Shown here in pieces: positions 41,327 to 57,122 of a DNA stretch of 64,000 nt (positions within the stretch are counted from its first letter, which is position 1; each line of letters opens with the position of its first letter). Below the pieces are notes generated by a model that did no database searches, had not been told where the DNA came from, and saw only the letters and a program-made list of their open reading frames with translations. This DNA is from the human T2T-CHM13v2.0 reference genome, Homo sapiens. The stretch is taken from NCBI RefSeq assembly GCF_009914755.1, contig NC_060927.1, one strand, 5' to 3'. The position numbers and the translations under genes are program-made.

Positions 41327-41776
41327 TTTTTAAAAGCCTTATTTTAAACGTGAAAAATTTGTATGTGCATTAGGCAAAGGGATATAATGCTCAGTATTAA
41401 ACTTCATTTTGTGTTTTATTCTTACATTTCAGTTATAGGCTGCTGATTATTTGCATAGAGTATTTCCATTTGATTAAGCCTCCAGATTTTTCTTTCATTT
41501 TAAATCAATGTTTTATGTGTAAACACATTATCAAAGAGTTACGTTTTCCCATAAAACTTTCATCCTTGAATCTAGGATTTATTTCACATTTTTTCGATAT
41601 TTCACACTTTTCAGACTCTTTCTGTATTTTTGCCACTCTCTCAGTTTTATATACTATGAACTTTCAATTAATTTACTAAATAAATATATACATGCCTAAG
41701 CATATACATATTTCTAACCAAAGCTCAGATTATTTCTGTCATTTGTCAATACTTGAATATTTGAAGAGTGGTTTTC

Positions 41777-42764
<988 letters not shown>

Positions 42765-43248
42765 TCAAATACCTGCATATTTGATTATATTACATTGCTT
42801 CTGTTTTTCAGGAGAACCCTGCCTAATACAGCACATTATACAATTACAATAGAAATTAAGACAACATAAAATGTTATAAAATAAAAATATTTTAGACATT
42901 GATCACTGTAACTCTTTTGTTACTTAGCCATATTGTTATTTAGGTGGAAATGAAATTCTTGAATAATATTTTAACTGCTATTAGTATTCATAGGGTAACC
43001 AAATCTGGTCCAACTGTATATGTTCCCTAGCTCATTTCATTCATTTATAGATGATGTGGTTCACATAGAGAAAGTTACTTCCTCAAGATTACAGATTTGA
43101 AAGCAATATCAACTTACTTTATTTAAATGAATCTCTCCATTCATATAAACCAGGGACCAAGAAAGTCAAAATTATCTTTATATGAATTATATTCCAGGCA
43201 TAATTATAAGTCATATTTTAAAAGTAGTATAAAAAAAACCACATATTA

Positions 43249-43594
<346 letters not shown>

Positions 43595-43938
43595 TTACAG
43601 AGAGTCTTATAAGAAATAGTCTCTGAGAATTAGTGTTAAATGTTCTATGTTAGAAGAATACCAGTGGAATAATGAGGTGTGAATAATTGATAACTTACAC
43701 AGCTTGGTAAAAGTCTCTGCATTTCTGTCTCAGAAAGACTCAGTATTGATCTTAAGAAATAATATTTGCCCAAAAATTAACACATAGTGTGTCACAAACT
43801 ATAAGAAAAAATTATACATATTCCATAGTTCAAATATTTCCTTCAAAACACAAAAGCAATTGTGTAATCTTCCAAAGAATTTTCAGAGAAGATATATTGT
43901 CAAAATGAAAAGGATGGGTTAAAAAATTTACTCATTCT

Positions 43939-44248
<310 letters not shown>

Positions 44249-45536
44249 TCATCCTGTTTTTGTGAGTATATCCTCTTTTAAATACATCTTAATACAGACG
44301 GAGCTATTATACAGACACTCAGAGGAAATAGAGCCATAAAATCTATGAATCTTGAAATCAAGGCATAAAGCCACAAGAAAAATCATTGTATTTTAAATCA
44401 CAGATGTTTCACATCTTTGAAAAATAAATTTAAATTATGAACTTTAATGAAGAGTAACCATATATGAACTATTCATTATATAAAACATGATTCATAAAAA
44501 CCAGTATAATCTTGAAATATAGACATTAAATCCCATGAGTATAATATAAGATACTTTGTTTTCCAGAAAGCATAAATTAGAGGCACAATTTAGCAGCTTC
44601 CTGAGACATTAATAGGAGTACCAAGATTTTATGATCAGGAGCACATTATGAAAAATGATGTCAAAAAAATAATATTTGAAAACTGTGAGGGAATCCACAG
44701 TAAGTTTGAATATTTAATGTGAGAAAAAAATACCTGCAATGTTTTAATGTAACTTCCACATTGTAGAGAAATTTCATAGTAGTGTTGTACAAAACAAACC
44801 AGAAAATTGTACTGGATTTCTATTTTCTAACCTCTTTCTTGAAAACCATAAAAACAGGTGGCATTTAAGAAGATATATCCACCATTGTGCTATTAATTTT
44901 ACAGTCAATCAAGTGACAGGATTACCAAAAAGACTATTTTTATAATGACTCTTTAGTCCAGAGCTACCCATAGAACTTTCAGGAATGAAATTCCAAATGC
45001 TGCTTAGATTGTCTATGTAATACCATGACTGATATTCTTAAACAAATGATCTACAGTCTTACTCTTCAGATTGATGACTTCTATATTTGGAATTGTTCAG
45101 CTTTAAATATGTTTAATAAATCCCACATGAATTACAATTTGCCGGCTTCTAATAAGTTTCAATATTTTCATTCTAATGCTGTCATGAAATCAATATGTTA
45201 ACTATCACTTTAATGAGTCTAGGAAGTAATGATCTTCCTATTTAGGAATAAGGAGGAGAATATTCCCTCCTATTTTTACTTTTTTCTAACTTACATTTTT
45301 AATAACTTAAATTTTTAATATTTCTTTTATGTTTTCAGAAAGACAAAAAATCACCCTAAAAATATAGAGTACAAATTTATGACTTCTATTTCAATATTCC
45401 ATATCCTCTACTTTCCTTCACTTCTCTCAGGTAAACACTGTTAAATGTTTTTAATATAACTTCCTAACTTTTCTCTAACATTTTATATTCACATAGTTCC
45501 TTCTTAACAGAAATCATAGTAGATAAGTCATAGTAG

Positions 45537-45926
<390 letters not shown>

Positions 45927-46315
45927 TAAACCTTTCCCTTCCTCTTTTTGCCTTAGTAAAAACAGCATTGCAAAGGATATTTTTAAGTATATATTTGGAT
46001 ATAAATGCATATATTCCTGAGCTCTTAATTCCTGGGAGTAAATTGCTGGGTCAAATAATATGCATATTTGATACTTTGATAGCATATGCTAATTTACATT
46101 CTCAAAAGTTCATGTAATTTAACATTTCACAACACTGTTTTAGAATACCCATTTCTGCCCAATTTGCACATTTATTTTTATAAAATTTGCCAAAGCATTA
46201 AACAAATGGGGTAACATTAACATATTCAAATATTACAGAAAAATGTAATATTTTCTTTATATTTAGCCAGGTTTTTTGTACAGTTAGTTTTTTCTGTTGG
46301 TTTGTAGGAGCTTTG

Positions 46316-46387
46316 TTGTATATATTATTTTAAATACTTTGTACATATGTGTTGTGTATATTATTTTAAATATTTTGTACATATGTA
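46316..46387. repeat. 36-bp tandem duplication
   Basis: ttgtRtatattattttaaataYtttgtacatatgtR, two copies. Confidence 0.85.
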
Positions 46388-46805
46388 TTGTAACAGGTTT
46401 CTATTGTAATAAAAAAAAAAGTAAACAAGCCCTGAATTTCTGTGGCTTACAAAAACAGCCATTACCTTTTCTTGATTATAGGTCTGCAAGTTGCCTGGGT
46501 TTGATAAATTTTTCTTGGTCGTAAATGAGCTGGACTCTAGTCTGGAGATCGGATTTAGGAATCATCCTCATGCCTCAGTCTAGAAACCATTAGCTACCTG
46601 GGAAAGTTTTCTCCTGCTAGTGACAAAAGTGCAAGAGAAGTGTGATCACATAAGTGCATTTAAAACCCCTACTTGAAAAGCATATGCATTAAATCTTTTC
46701 AAACACTACTTATCAAAGCAGGTCGCCTGGCCATGCCCCAAGTCATGACAAGAGTCATAAAAATGGGAAAATGAGTATTTGTGAATAAGTCAGCCTATTC
46801 ACCAC
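46388..46805 (-). mobile_element. MLT1J-like LTR
   Basis: tgtggcttacaaaaacagccatt...ggccatgccccaagtca...cctattcacca. Confidence 0.6.
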
Positions 46806-48049
46806 TATAATGTATTTTCTCTCAATCAACTGCTTATGGTTTTATTTTTGTGCCAGTTTGAAAACTAAGAGTTCTAATAATGTTTCTTTAGCAACTCTCA
46901 GTTTTGTGTCTTACTTAAGTCACTATGTTAATAATAATATTATCCAATATTGTCTTTTAGTTCTTTTACAGCATTGACTTTTACATTCAGACCCTTTAAT
47001 CAAATTTTCAATTCATATATACTTTTTAAACAAAAACATTTTTGTGAATTCTAACTTATTTTTCCAATTTTCACAACATAATTTCTCTTAACTCATTTCT
47101 ACGCAAGTTTGAAATGCCATCTTCATATTCTAAATTACTATATAAAAATTAGTTTCTTTTTTGATTCTTTCTTTTTTTTTCTGTTTATCAACTGCTGTAT
47201 TCTTCTACCAAAACCACTTGGTTCTCATAGTTAAAGCTTTATAAAATGTTTGCTATATAGTTAAGTCCTATTTCATAATTTTTAAAATTTTTTCACCAAT
47301 TTTTCTTGTTTCTTTTTCTGTATATTTTCTCTTGTGGGTCATCTGGAAAATATGCTTTCCTTAATCAATTTAAAAATCCTAAAAGTATTTTTAAATTTCA
47401 GATGGTTCTCCCTCTCTTTCCATATATATATATATGTATATATGTTCAATATATATTTATTCAATCTGAATATATATAGAATATATATGAATATATATTT
47501 AATCAGAATTAAATAAATATATATTCATGTATATTCTATATGTCGCTATATATATTCTATGTCTATATATATTCTATATGTCTATATAAAACCATCTGAA
47601 ATTGCTAATATTTCTCCTTTTATAAGACATATCAAAATAGCAATTTATTAGTTCAACATAATATATAAAATTCACTTAGAGGAAATTACACTATTTAGTA
47701 TTAACTCTTTCATCCAAGATTATGAATATCTTGAATCCTATATTTTTGTTTAGTTGGTTTAGTTTCCATCTAGGCCTTTCACTATCTTTTCTTAGATTAT
47801 TTTATGCAATCTGAATATATATGAATGTATATAAGTATGTATTCATATATATTTAATTAGAGTTGAATATATATTCGTATATATTCTATATATATGAGTA
47901 TATCTGTTAATATTAATTAAGTCTTGGAAGTTTAATTTGTTAATGAATGAGAATTGCTTTTCTTTTTATGTTCTGAAATGGAAAGTTATTCATTGCTCAT
48001 GTTTATAGCAAAGCTGTTGGATTCTGTGAGTTCAAGTTGAAAGGAAGTT

Positions 48050-48250
48050 ATGCATAGTGATTAATCTCAAGTGTTCTGAAACCAGAATACTTTGGTTCAT
48101 ATCCCAATTTCACCACTTATTTGGTGAATGACATTAAACAAGAAGTTAGTGCCCTTGGCTTCAGTTTCCCTCTCTACAAAAAACCAACAAAAAAATTGAC
48201 TATAACACCTTATGCCATGAAGCATGGTTGTGAAGATTTAGTATATTAGT
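48050..48250 (+). mobile_element. MIR
   Basis: ggttcatatcccaatttcaccactta...cttcagtttccctctct. Confidence 0.7.
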
Positions 48251-48262
48251 ACAAGTTCACTG

Positions 48263-48977
48263 GCTCACACCAGTTAGAATGGCCATTATTAAAAACTCAA
48301 AAAATAACAGACGCTGGCGAGGTTGTGGTGAAAAGAGAACACTTTTACACTGCTGGTGGAAGTGTAAATTACTTCAGCCATTATAAAAAGCAATATGGCA
48401 GTTTCTCAGATAAGTTAAAAGAGAATTAACATTTGACTCAGCAATCTCATTATTGGGTATATACCCAAAGGAATATAATTCATTCTATGATAAAGACATG
48501 CACGTGTATATTGCAGCACTATGCACAATAGGAAGGACATGGGACCAACCTAAGTGTGTATTAATGGTAGAGTGGATAAAGAAAATGTGGTACCTACATA
48601 GCATGGAATACTACACAGCCATAAAAAGAAAAAGATTGTGTTCTTTGCAGCATCATGGATGGAGATGGAGCCCATTATTTGAAGCAAACTAACACAGGAA
48701 CAGCAAAGCAAATACCATATATTCTCACTTATAAATGGCAGCTGAACAACGAGGACACATGGACACAAACAGCAGAACAACAGACACCAGGAGCTACTTG
48801 AAGGTGAATGGTGGGAGGAGGGAGAAGATCAAAAAATATATATACCTATCAGGTACTATGCTTATTACCTGATTGAATAAATAATGTGTACACCATCCCC
48901 ACAGTACACAGTTTACTTATATAACAATCCTGCACATGTACCCCTAAACCTAAAATGAAATTTAAAAGTAAAAAAAA
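48263..48977 (+). mobile_element. L1PA15/16-like 3' fragment
   Basis: ctcacaccagttagaatggcc ORF2 end; tgcacatgtacccctaaacctaaaat plus A-tail. Confidence 0.88.
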
Positions 48978-49254
48978 TTACATGTACATGTATAGCATTT
49001 AGGAATCATGTACTTCATAAATGCTCACTACAACCTTGCGTTTGTCTATTACACAAAAGTTTTATATTAACCCTAATTGAAACCCTAAATTGAATTGGCA
49101 ATATAAACTGAGCAAAATGGGAGAAATTCAGAGAAAAAAAGCCAGATAAATAGGTGAGGTTTAACTGACACCATTAATCAGGTAAATGGGAAAACTAATG
49201 TATTTGAGTATTTCCTTTTAAAATAATTTTTGTTATTATAACTATGTGGTTTAA

Positions 49255-50189
49255 TTTTTGTTTTTATTTATTTTAATTTTATTATTATTGTACTTTAAGT
49301 TTTAGGGTACATGTGCACAACGTGAAGGTTTGTAACATATGTATACATGTGCCATGTTGGTGTGCTGCACCCATTAACTCGTCATTTAACATTAGCTATA
49401 TCTCCTAATGCTATCCCTCCCCCCTCGCCCCACCCCACAACAGGCCCCCATGTGTGATGTTCCCCTTCCTGTGTCCATGTGTTCTCATTGTTCAATTCCC
49501 ACCTATGAGTGAGAACATGTCGTGTTTGGTTTTTTGTCCTTGCGATAGTTTGCTGAGAATGATAGTTTCCAGCTTCATCCATGTCCCTACAAAGGACATG
49601 AACTCATCATTTTTTATGGCTGCATAGTATTCAATGGTGTATGTGTGCCACATTTTCTTAATCCAGTCTATCATTGATGGACATTTGGGTTGGGTCCAAG
49701 TCTTTGCTATTGTGAATAGTGCCACAATAAACATACGTGTGCATGTGTCTTTATAGCAGCATGATTTATAATCCTTTGGGTATATACCCAATAATGGGAT
49801 GGCTGGGTCAAATGGTATTTCTAGTTCTAGATCCCTGAAGAATTGCCACACTGCCTTCCACAATGGTTGAACTAGTTTATAGTCCCACCAACAGTGTAAA
49901 AGTGTTCCTATTTTTCCACATCCTCTCCAGCACCTGTTGTTTCCTGACTTTTTAAAGATCGCCATTCTAACTGGTGTGAGATGGTATCTCATTGTGATTT
50001 TGATTTGCATTTCTCTGATGGCCAGTGATGATGAGCATTTTTTCATGTGTTTTTTGGCTGCATAAATGTCTTCTTTTGAGAAGTGTCTGTTCATATCCTT
50101 TGCCCACTTTTTGATGGGGCTGTTTGTTTTTTTCTTGTAAATTTGTTTGAGTTCGTTATAGATTCTGGATATTAGCCCTTTGTCAGATA
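49255..50189 (-). mobile_element. Young 5'-truncated L1 (L1PA4-like) with an intact ORF2 C-terminal 200 aa
   Basis: ORF 49492..50094 is L1 ORF2p ending ...FSLIGGN; no clear TSD. Confidence 0.95.
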
Positions 50190-51060
50190 TTTAAAGTAAG
50201 TGCAACGGTCATTACAGTCTATTTTGTATTATCACAATAGAAACATTGTATGTACCCTTTGGCTATCACCCCCATATACTCCACTCCCCAAAGCCTAAGC
50301 AACCTCCACTCTGCTTTCTCCCCCTATATATTTGTCTATTCTGGACATTGCTTATAAGTAAGCTAATACGTGTTTCTTTGTAATTGACTTATTTTGATTG
50401 GCATAATGTTTTCAAGTTCCATCCATGTTATAGAGTATATCAGTACTTAAATTCTTTTTTATGGTTGGATAAGTTTCCATTTTATGGATATATCCCATTA
50501 CATTTCTTCATTTATCAATTGATGAGTTTTGGGGTTGTTTTTACATTTTGGTTATTATAAATAATACTGCTAGAAACATCCATGAACACACATTTTTGTT
50601 TGGACATATGTTTTCATTTGTATTTGGTGCATCCTCAAAAACATATAGTAACTCTATGTTTAATCATTTGAGGAACTGCCACACTGGCTACACTGTTTTT
50701 CATTTCCACCAATGGTGTACATGTGTTCTGATTTCTTCATATACTCTCCTTGTTACAGTTGTCATTTTTAATTCCAGTCATCTTAGCGGGTGTGAGGCAG
50801 TATCTCACTATGGTTATAGTCACATTTTCCTGTGGGTTAATGATACTGAATATTTTTTCCCATACTTATTGGCTCTTTGTATATCTCCCTGGAAGAAACG
50901 CGTATTTAGATCCATTGCCATTTTTTAATTGGGTTATTTGTCTTTTATTTGTTGAGTTTCTGGATACAAATCTTTTATCATATATACGATTTGAAAATAT
51001 GTTCTTTCATTTGGTAGTTTGTCTTTTCATTTTCTTCATAGTGTCCTTTGAAACAAAGTT
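50190..51060 (-). mobile_element. L1MB fragment
   Basis: ctattctggacatt...ataatgttttcaagttccatccatgtt...gaggaactgccacactg. Confidence 0.8.
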
Positions 51061-51133
51061 TTACAAAAGCAGCAATCTTTTTCCTTGGTGATTATTCTAT
51101 TTATTTACAAATAACTCATTTCATGTAAAATGC

Positions 51134-51598
51134 TGAATAGATTGTAGGGCTGCCATAACAACGTGTTACTAATTAGGAGGTTTAAACAACAGCTATTTAT
51201 TATTTCACAGTTCTAGAGGCCAGAAGTCAAAAATCAAGGTGTTGGTAGCACTGATTTATTTTACGGGCTGTGAGGAAGAATCTGTTCCATGCCTCTCGCC
51301 TAGTTTTTGATGGTTTTCTGGCAATATTTGGCATTCCTTGTCTTGTAGAAGCATTACCCTAATCTTTGACTTCATCTTTACATTCTCCCTGTGTCTGTGT
51401 CTGTGTCCAAGTTTCATCTTTTTATGAGAACATCAGTCATATTGAATTAAGGGCCCACCCTCTTCCAGTATGACCTCATCTAAACTTAACTAATTAAACC
51501 TTCAACAACTTGATTCCAAGTAAGGACACATTCTGAGGTACTTGGGGTTAGGACTTCAACATATGAATTTTTGAGGGAACACAATTCAACTCGTAACA
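51134..51598 (-). mobile_element. MLT1B/C LTR
   Basis: agggctgccataac...ggttaggacttcaacatatgaattt...caattcaactcgtaaca; TSD aatgc/gatgc. Confidence 0.85.
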
Positions 51599-51763
51599 GA
51601 TGCATTATCAAATAAATGAATATTTATTTCTTAGACAATAATAAAATTTTGAAATATATATGACTCTTGACTATTTGCAAAGTTTTGTTCCCCCCAACTT
51701 GTTCTCACTTGTATTTTTTCTCATAACCATCTAGTTCAACAAGAAATACTTATGCTTTATCGG

Positions 51764-52059
<296 letters not shown>

Positions 52060-53074
52060 GCTTTATATCTATTTTATAAATGAAGCAAGCGGCATCCAGG
52101 GAGATTATCAGTTTATCAAATGCCTCAGTTTATTAAGTTACTGTGAACAAAAACATAGAAGTATTATCTTCTGGTGTATGTTCTCTCTGTGGCTTTTTAC
52201 ATCCCTTAGGGTAATGCTTGTATCTATTTAAAGGAAAGGTGACATCAATAAAAGTCACAATGCTTATAGGCTTCTATGATTATGTGAGAAATAAATGCTC
52301 TAGAAAAATGGCATAACATTTTATCCTCCAAGGCCAATGGCTACATTGTGGGATTTCTACTCAGCTAGATAATCTAGGAAACACCAAATAAATAAAGCAA
52401 AGTATTCCTGCTTTCAACATGCTTATAGCCTGTTAGGGAAGATAGAAATAATATGGAGTATGGTGTATAAGAAAAGAAGATTAGAGAAACTATGATGAAT
52501 TGCTCAATTGTGTGATTTAGACAGCAAACAGGGAATTAAATTTGAATGATTGGAGTATTCTTGGATGAGTTTATTATGAAAATTGAACTTTAATTAGGGA
52601 CCGGCGTGAGAGTATGGAGGCTGAAGCCATAGAAAGGAGAAATTATTCCAGCTGAGGCCAAAACATGAACCAAGGTAATAAACTGGAGTTGTAAATCCGC
52701 TCTCTGAGGGAAAGATACTGTTCAAATTATAGTGGCTGGTGAAAATAAATAATTGTATACTTAATAGTAATTTTAAAAATAAAACATAATTTTTCTCATT
52801 TTATTAGTTATTATAAATTTGTTGATTATTAAATTATTTTACTAATAGTTATAAAATTTTATGTTGATTCCAAAGCATTCATCCAGCAATAAGAAAACAA
52901 CTCTTGAAAATAATATCAAGTGTTCAATTCACAGTCTTATGGAAAATTTGAGCATATTTAAAAAGGAGTGGATTATACTCCTTAGCACATTAAGTGCTTC
53001 ATTAGTAACAAGTAAGCATGAAGTGTGAGCCAGGAAAGAGCAAAATTCCCCTCCAAAGAAAGTCAGTCCTAATC

Positions 53075-53337
53075 TGGTGGGTCAGTAGTTTAACCTGAAA
53101 GCCTACTCAATCCATCTCTATTTTTCTGGAACCTACCAACAAGGATGCCAAATGTGATCCACGCACTTGTCCACTAGAAACTGAATGGGAGCCATCAACT
53201 CATTTCACACAGGTCAGCAAACAGCAATCAGAGGCTAATGGCTTTCTGTCACCACTAACCCAGGCTAGGTGCAAAGGCCGACCTGGAGGTTAGAGGTTCT
53301 GCATCCAATTACCTATCGTAGGAGCTATCTGGTCCCC
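53075..53337 (-). mobile_element. LF-SINE (LFSINE_Vert), 5' portion
   Basis: Minus strand reads ggggaccagatagctc..ggtaattggatgcagaacctctaacctccaggtc..gtgacagaaagccatt..tgtgaaatgagttgatgg..cagtttctagtggacaagtg..ttggcatccttgttgg..ggattgagtaggc, colinear with the LF-SINE consensus as I recall it. Confidence 0.82.
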
Positions 53338-54889
53338 TCTAAAAAGTAAATTGCTCAGTGCAAAATTGAAAGTACTACCTGATTTGCTATTTTTTCAGTG
53401 CTGCTTTTGAAATGCCTAAGTTTCTAAAGTGGCAGATCTGATGGGCTGGCCTCTTTGCTCAGTATTCAGGAGGTTTGAGGGAGCAGTGATGAGAACTAAT
53501 AAAAAGTAAAGTCAAGTTATGTTATGCCATGAAGTGAATCAAGATTCAATACGTGACAGAGACTCTTGGACTAAAACACTCATACAATTGTTGCTAAATG
53601 CAGGATATGTTATAACCCACACTTCATACATCAAAGTGTTTTTAAGGAAAGATTTTCATTCACAAAGTAACCATTAAATGATAATAGTGATTAGAGAGAT
53701 GGATTTGTTGAAAATATTTACTTTTCTGGCTATATCACTAGGAAATTGAAATTGTATGAAAAGTAATCAACTTAAAACAACATTTAATATTAGCATACTG
53801 TGACTCTAGAAATGTTTATTTCGAAAACATTTTACCCCAAAAACTGTTAAGTGAGCAAGTTCCATATGTTTTGTCTTAGATTTTAGGATAGCTTTACCTT
53901 AAGGTTAATAGAAAAGCTGTCGAAAGTGCAAAATCAGGAATCATGGAAGAATATACTCTGAAATTAATTAAGATTAAACTTCAATCATCCTCAAAATCAC
54001 AGGTTATATACAAAGCCCTAGTAATTTTTATTCGTTTATTTCATCATTTTTCTTCAAGAAAATCCAAGAAATTTGGATGCATCTCTGTCACCAGACTAAT
54101 GATATTATTAATCTATAAAAACCTATAAACACTGTGTCTATCTGTGCTCATCACTCTAACCAAAAATTACCAGAAACAATGTTCAGACAGATTCCTCTCT
54201 GTGGGCCTCTGGGGGGAGACACAGCCCAAAAAGTGGTTGCAGCATTTTCTCATGCTGATTTATAGCATAACTACACAAAGACACACGCGCACAAAAAAGT
54301 AAACACAAATGCAAACGTAAAGGTGAAGTAAAAACAGATACTAAGATCTTAAAATTGCTCAATATTTCTACTTAGAAAGAAATCTAAAATATCTCACTTA
54401 CTTAGATGTCTATGCAATTAGTAAAGCTTAAAATTATATTTAGTTACACAGAAATTACATGGTTTTCATTTAAAAAAAAAAAAAAAAAGGCCTGGCTTGT
54501 CACCCTACAAAGCATTTTGTAGGGTGAAATAATTCCCAGAGTTCACAGATCTTATAAGACTCCAGATTATTTATTTTAGACTTTGGCTCAAATTATAACC
54601 ATAATGATTCATAGTAGCCATGGAACTGCCCATAAAATGCATGTGTACCTGTGTATATACTGTGTAATTCAAAGTAGTTATGTATTAGAAGGAGCACACC
54701 AGTTACTTTTTCAACACATTTTAGAAATGTATTATAGAATGTCTGCACAATATTGATACAGTAAACCGATCTTAGAGTGAGGTCAAGGAAATATCCTGAG
54801 CCATGTTCTTTTAACAAACAGTTTAAATTCTAAAATAACTTTCCTTTAAAGCTATGGATTTTTTGGGGTTTTTTTGCTAATACATTTTA

Positions 54890-55230
54890 AAATACTATAT
54901 TTTAAACTAGTTTTAGGCTCAGATAAAAGTTTTTGAAAGTATAGAATATTCTCATATACGTTCACCCCTCTTCCATTTATCTTAACACCTTATATAATCA
55001 TAGTAAATTTATCAAAACCAGGAAATTAATATGAGTCAAAACTACTAACTAAGCTGCAGAGATTATCTGAATTTCACTCATTTTCTCAGCATTCTTTTAA
55101 GGAAAAAATGATCCCACATTGTATTTCATTTCTGTTCAAGAATTCAATGTAGAATTCCATATTGTATTATTTTAGTTTTTTCTCCATAGGCCCCTCTAAT
55201 CTGAGAGTTTTACAGTCGTTCCTAGTCTTT
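54890..55230 (-). mobile_element. Old L1MC/MD 3' fragment
   Basis: tagttttaggctcaga...ttatcaaaaccaggaaattaata. Confidence 0.6.
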
Positions 55231-55499
55231 TATTCTCCTGTTTTTCTTTTAATAGGCATTTCATTTATTTTATGAGGCAAAAAGACGGATGCCAATGCCA
55301 TTGCTTATCTATTGTGACAATGTTTTCATTATTATGCCAACCATTAAAAGCTAAAAGCAAAATTATCAATAATTATGTGAAAATATGCAAAACCACAAAA
55401 ATATTTAGTATTATATAGGGATGAAATAATTTGAGCACATATAATGTATGGCCATCATATTATGTATCTTTCCATTATCTCATTTTCATAATATCTGTT

Positions 55500-55650
55500 A
55501 GAAATAAGTACCTTTAAATCCTATTTTATATGTAATGAAATTGAAACTCAGAAAAGTCACTTGCCTAAAATCATTTAGCTGATTAGTAGCAGATCAGAAT
55601 TTTAAAACAAGAATTTTTTTAAAAAAATATAATTCATGTGCTCTATACAA
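55500..55650 (-). mobile_element. MIR fragment
   Basis: cctattttatatgtaatgaaattgaaactcagaaaagtcacttgcctaaaatca. Confidence 0.65.
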
Positions 55651-56061
55651 TATCTAAAGCATGAGTTTTGCTGAAAGGCATGTATAGTTAGATTTTTGTA
55701 GAATGTAAGACTTGAATCCTAAAAGATCAAGACCTTTTCCTGTTGTCTTGCACAGCTTTCAATTGCCCATTCACAATAAAATGAGACACAACTCATAGAA
55801 CTGTTAGTTGCCAAGCCGTGACATAGCCAACAGAACCTTAACTTTGTGCTTAACATTTCCATGTTAATTAGGCAATGTCAAATATCACAGACATGTAGAT
55901 AAGTCATAGTAATATCTTTCACATACATTTCAATGAATTAAATACTCTCTATCTGAATACTGATCTTACATTCCATCCTTCATATTGCCTCCCAGTTTTT
56001 AGAGGAGTCATGTTCAGAGAGGCCTATTCATTTATATCTTCTCCAAATTTTCTTGTTACTA

Positions 56062-56759
56062 AGTCACCATGCAACCTGAGATGCCCATCATGAAGTGGAT
56101 GCTCTTTGACCCATCAAGCCATAAATTTAGGTGTGTATAGCAACACTCCATCATTAAATGGAAGCAGTATATATGTAATTCCTGAAGGCATAAGTAAGTT
56201 ACATTAAAAAATGGCCCAAATGATTGTGATCCCCACTTCGGCTACACTGCCTTCTTTCGGCCAGTCTGCATGTATGCTTCCACTGGGAAGCATTCCATTG
56301 AACTGGAAATTCAGACTCTTGCCTGGCCATTTTCTACTCTTCATGCTTCTGAATCAACAGAAAAAGAAGGGAGTTATGGTGCTGTCTAAGATGCCTGATC
56401 TTGATTTCATGGTTCTTGTGGAGAACTCTGCTATTCCATAGTGTAGGTAAAGAAGAGCAGGTCTTGGATATAGGGGATTTTTTAGGGCTTATCTTAGTAT
56501 TACCATTCTCACTGACTAAGGTCAATGGCAAATTTCAGCAACTAAATTCAGGTAGGTCTACTAATGGCTGAGACCTTTTAGAAATAAAAATTTGGGTCTT
56601 CTCACCAGGTAAAAAACCACAATCAGTTGAGGTACTTGATACAGGAAAGGGAATGTAGAATGTGTACTGGAAGAAGGTAGTTGTAAATACCAGCTATAAC
56701 AATGTGACCACTTATAGAATAAAGGATTGTAGTAGTTACGTGTATTCCTTTTTCTTTTG

Positions 56760-56805
<46 letters not shown>

Positions 56806-57122
56806 TACATAGAAATATCTTTGATTTCCTTCCTCCCTTATTCCCTTATCATGTAACATAAAATGTATTAGCTTATTATCATAACATTTAAATGATGCTA
56901 TTTTACATCATAGTACCTAAGGAATGTAAAGGAGAAGAAGAACAGTAAACATTACTCAAAGGCTGTATCTTCTCTTCTGGGAAAGGAGTTAGTACATTTT
57001 AAGTTGTACACAGGATAGTTTTATCATGTTAGGCAGAATTATGACCTTGCTATTGTCTTTATTTGTAGATTAAGTAAGGCTTAAGGAGTATGCATGAGTG
57101 CCAAGGTGACAAAGTCTGAACT
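56062..57122 (+). mobile_element. ERV-L internal remnant (pol fragment, dUTPase region, 3' end)
   Basis: accatgcaacctgagatgcccatcatgaa...cctgaaggcataagtaagttaca (pol); peptide IPLNWKFRLLPGHF..LNQQKKKGVMVL (ERV-L dUTPase-like) in ORF 56211..56441. Confidence 0.85.
56762..56810. repeat. (CA)n microsatellite
   Basis: Seen directly. Confidence 0.95.

Noticed and set aside
49492-50094. 200-aa ORF as a gene
   Set aside because: C-terminal fragment of L1 ORF2p in a 5'-truncated, promoterless copy
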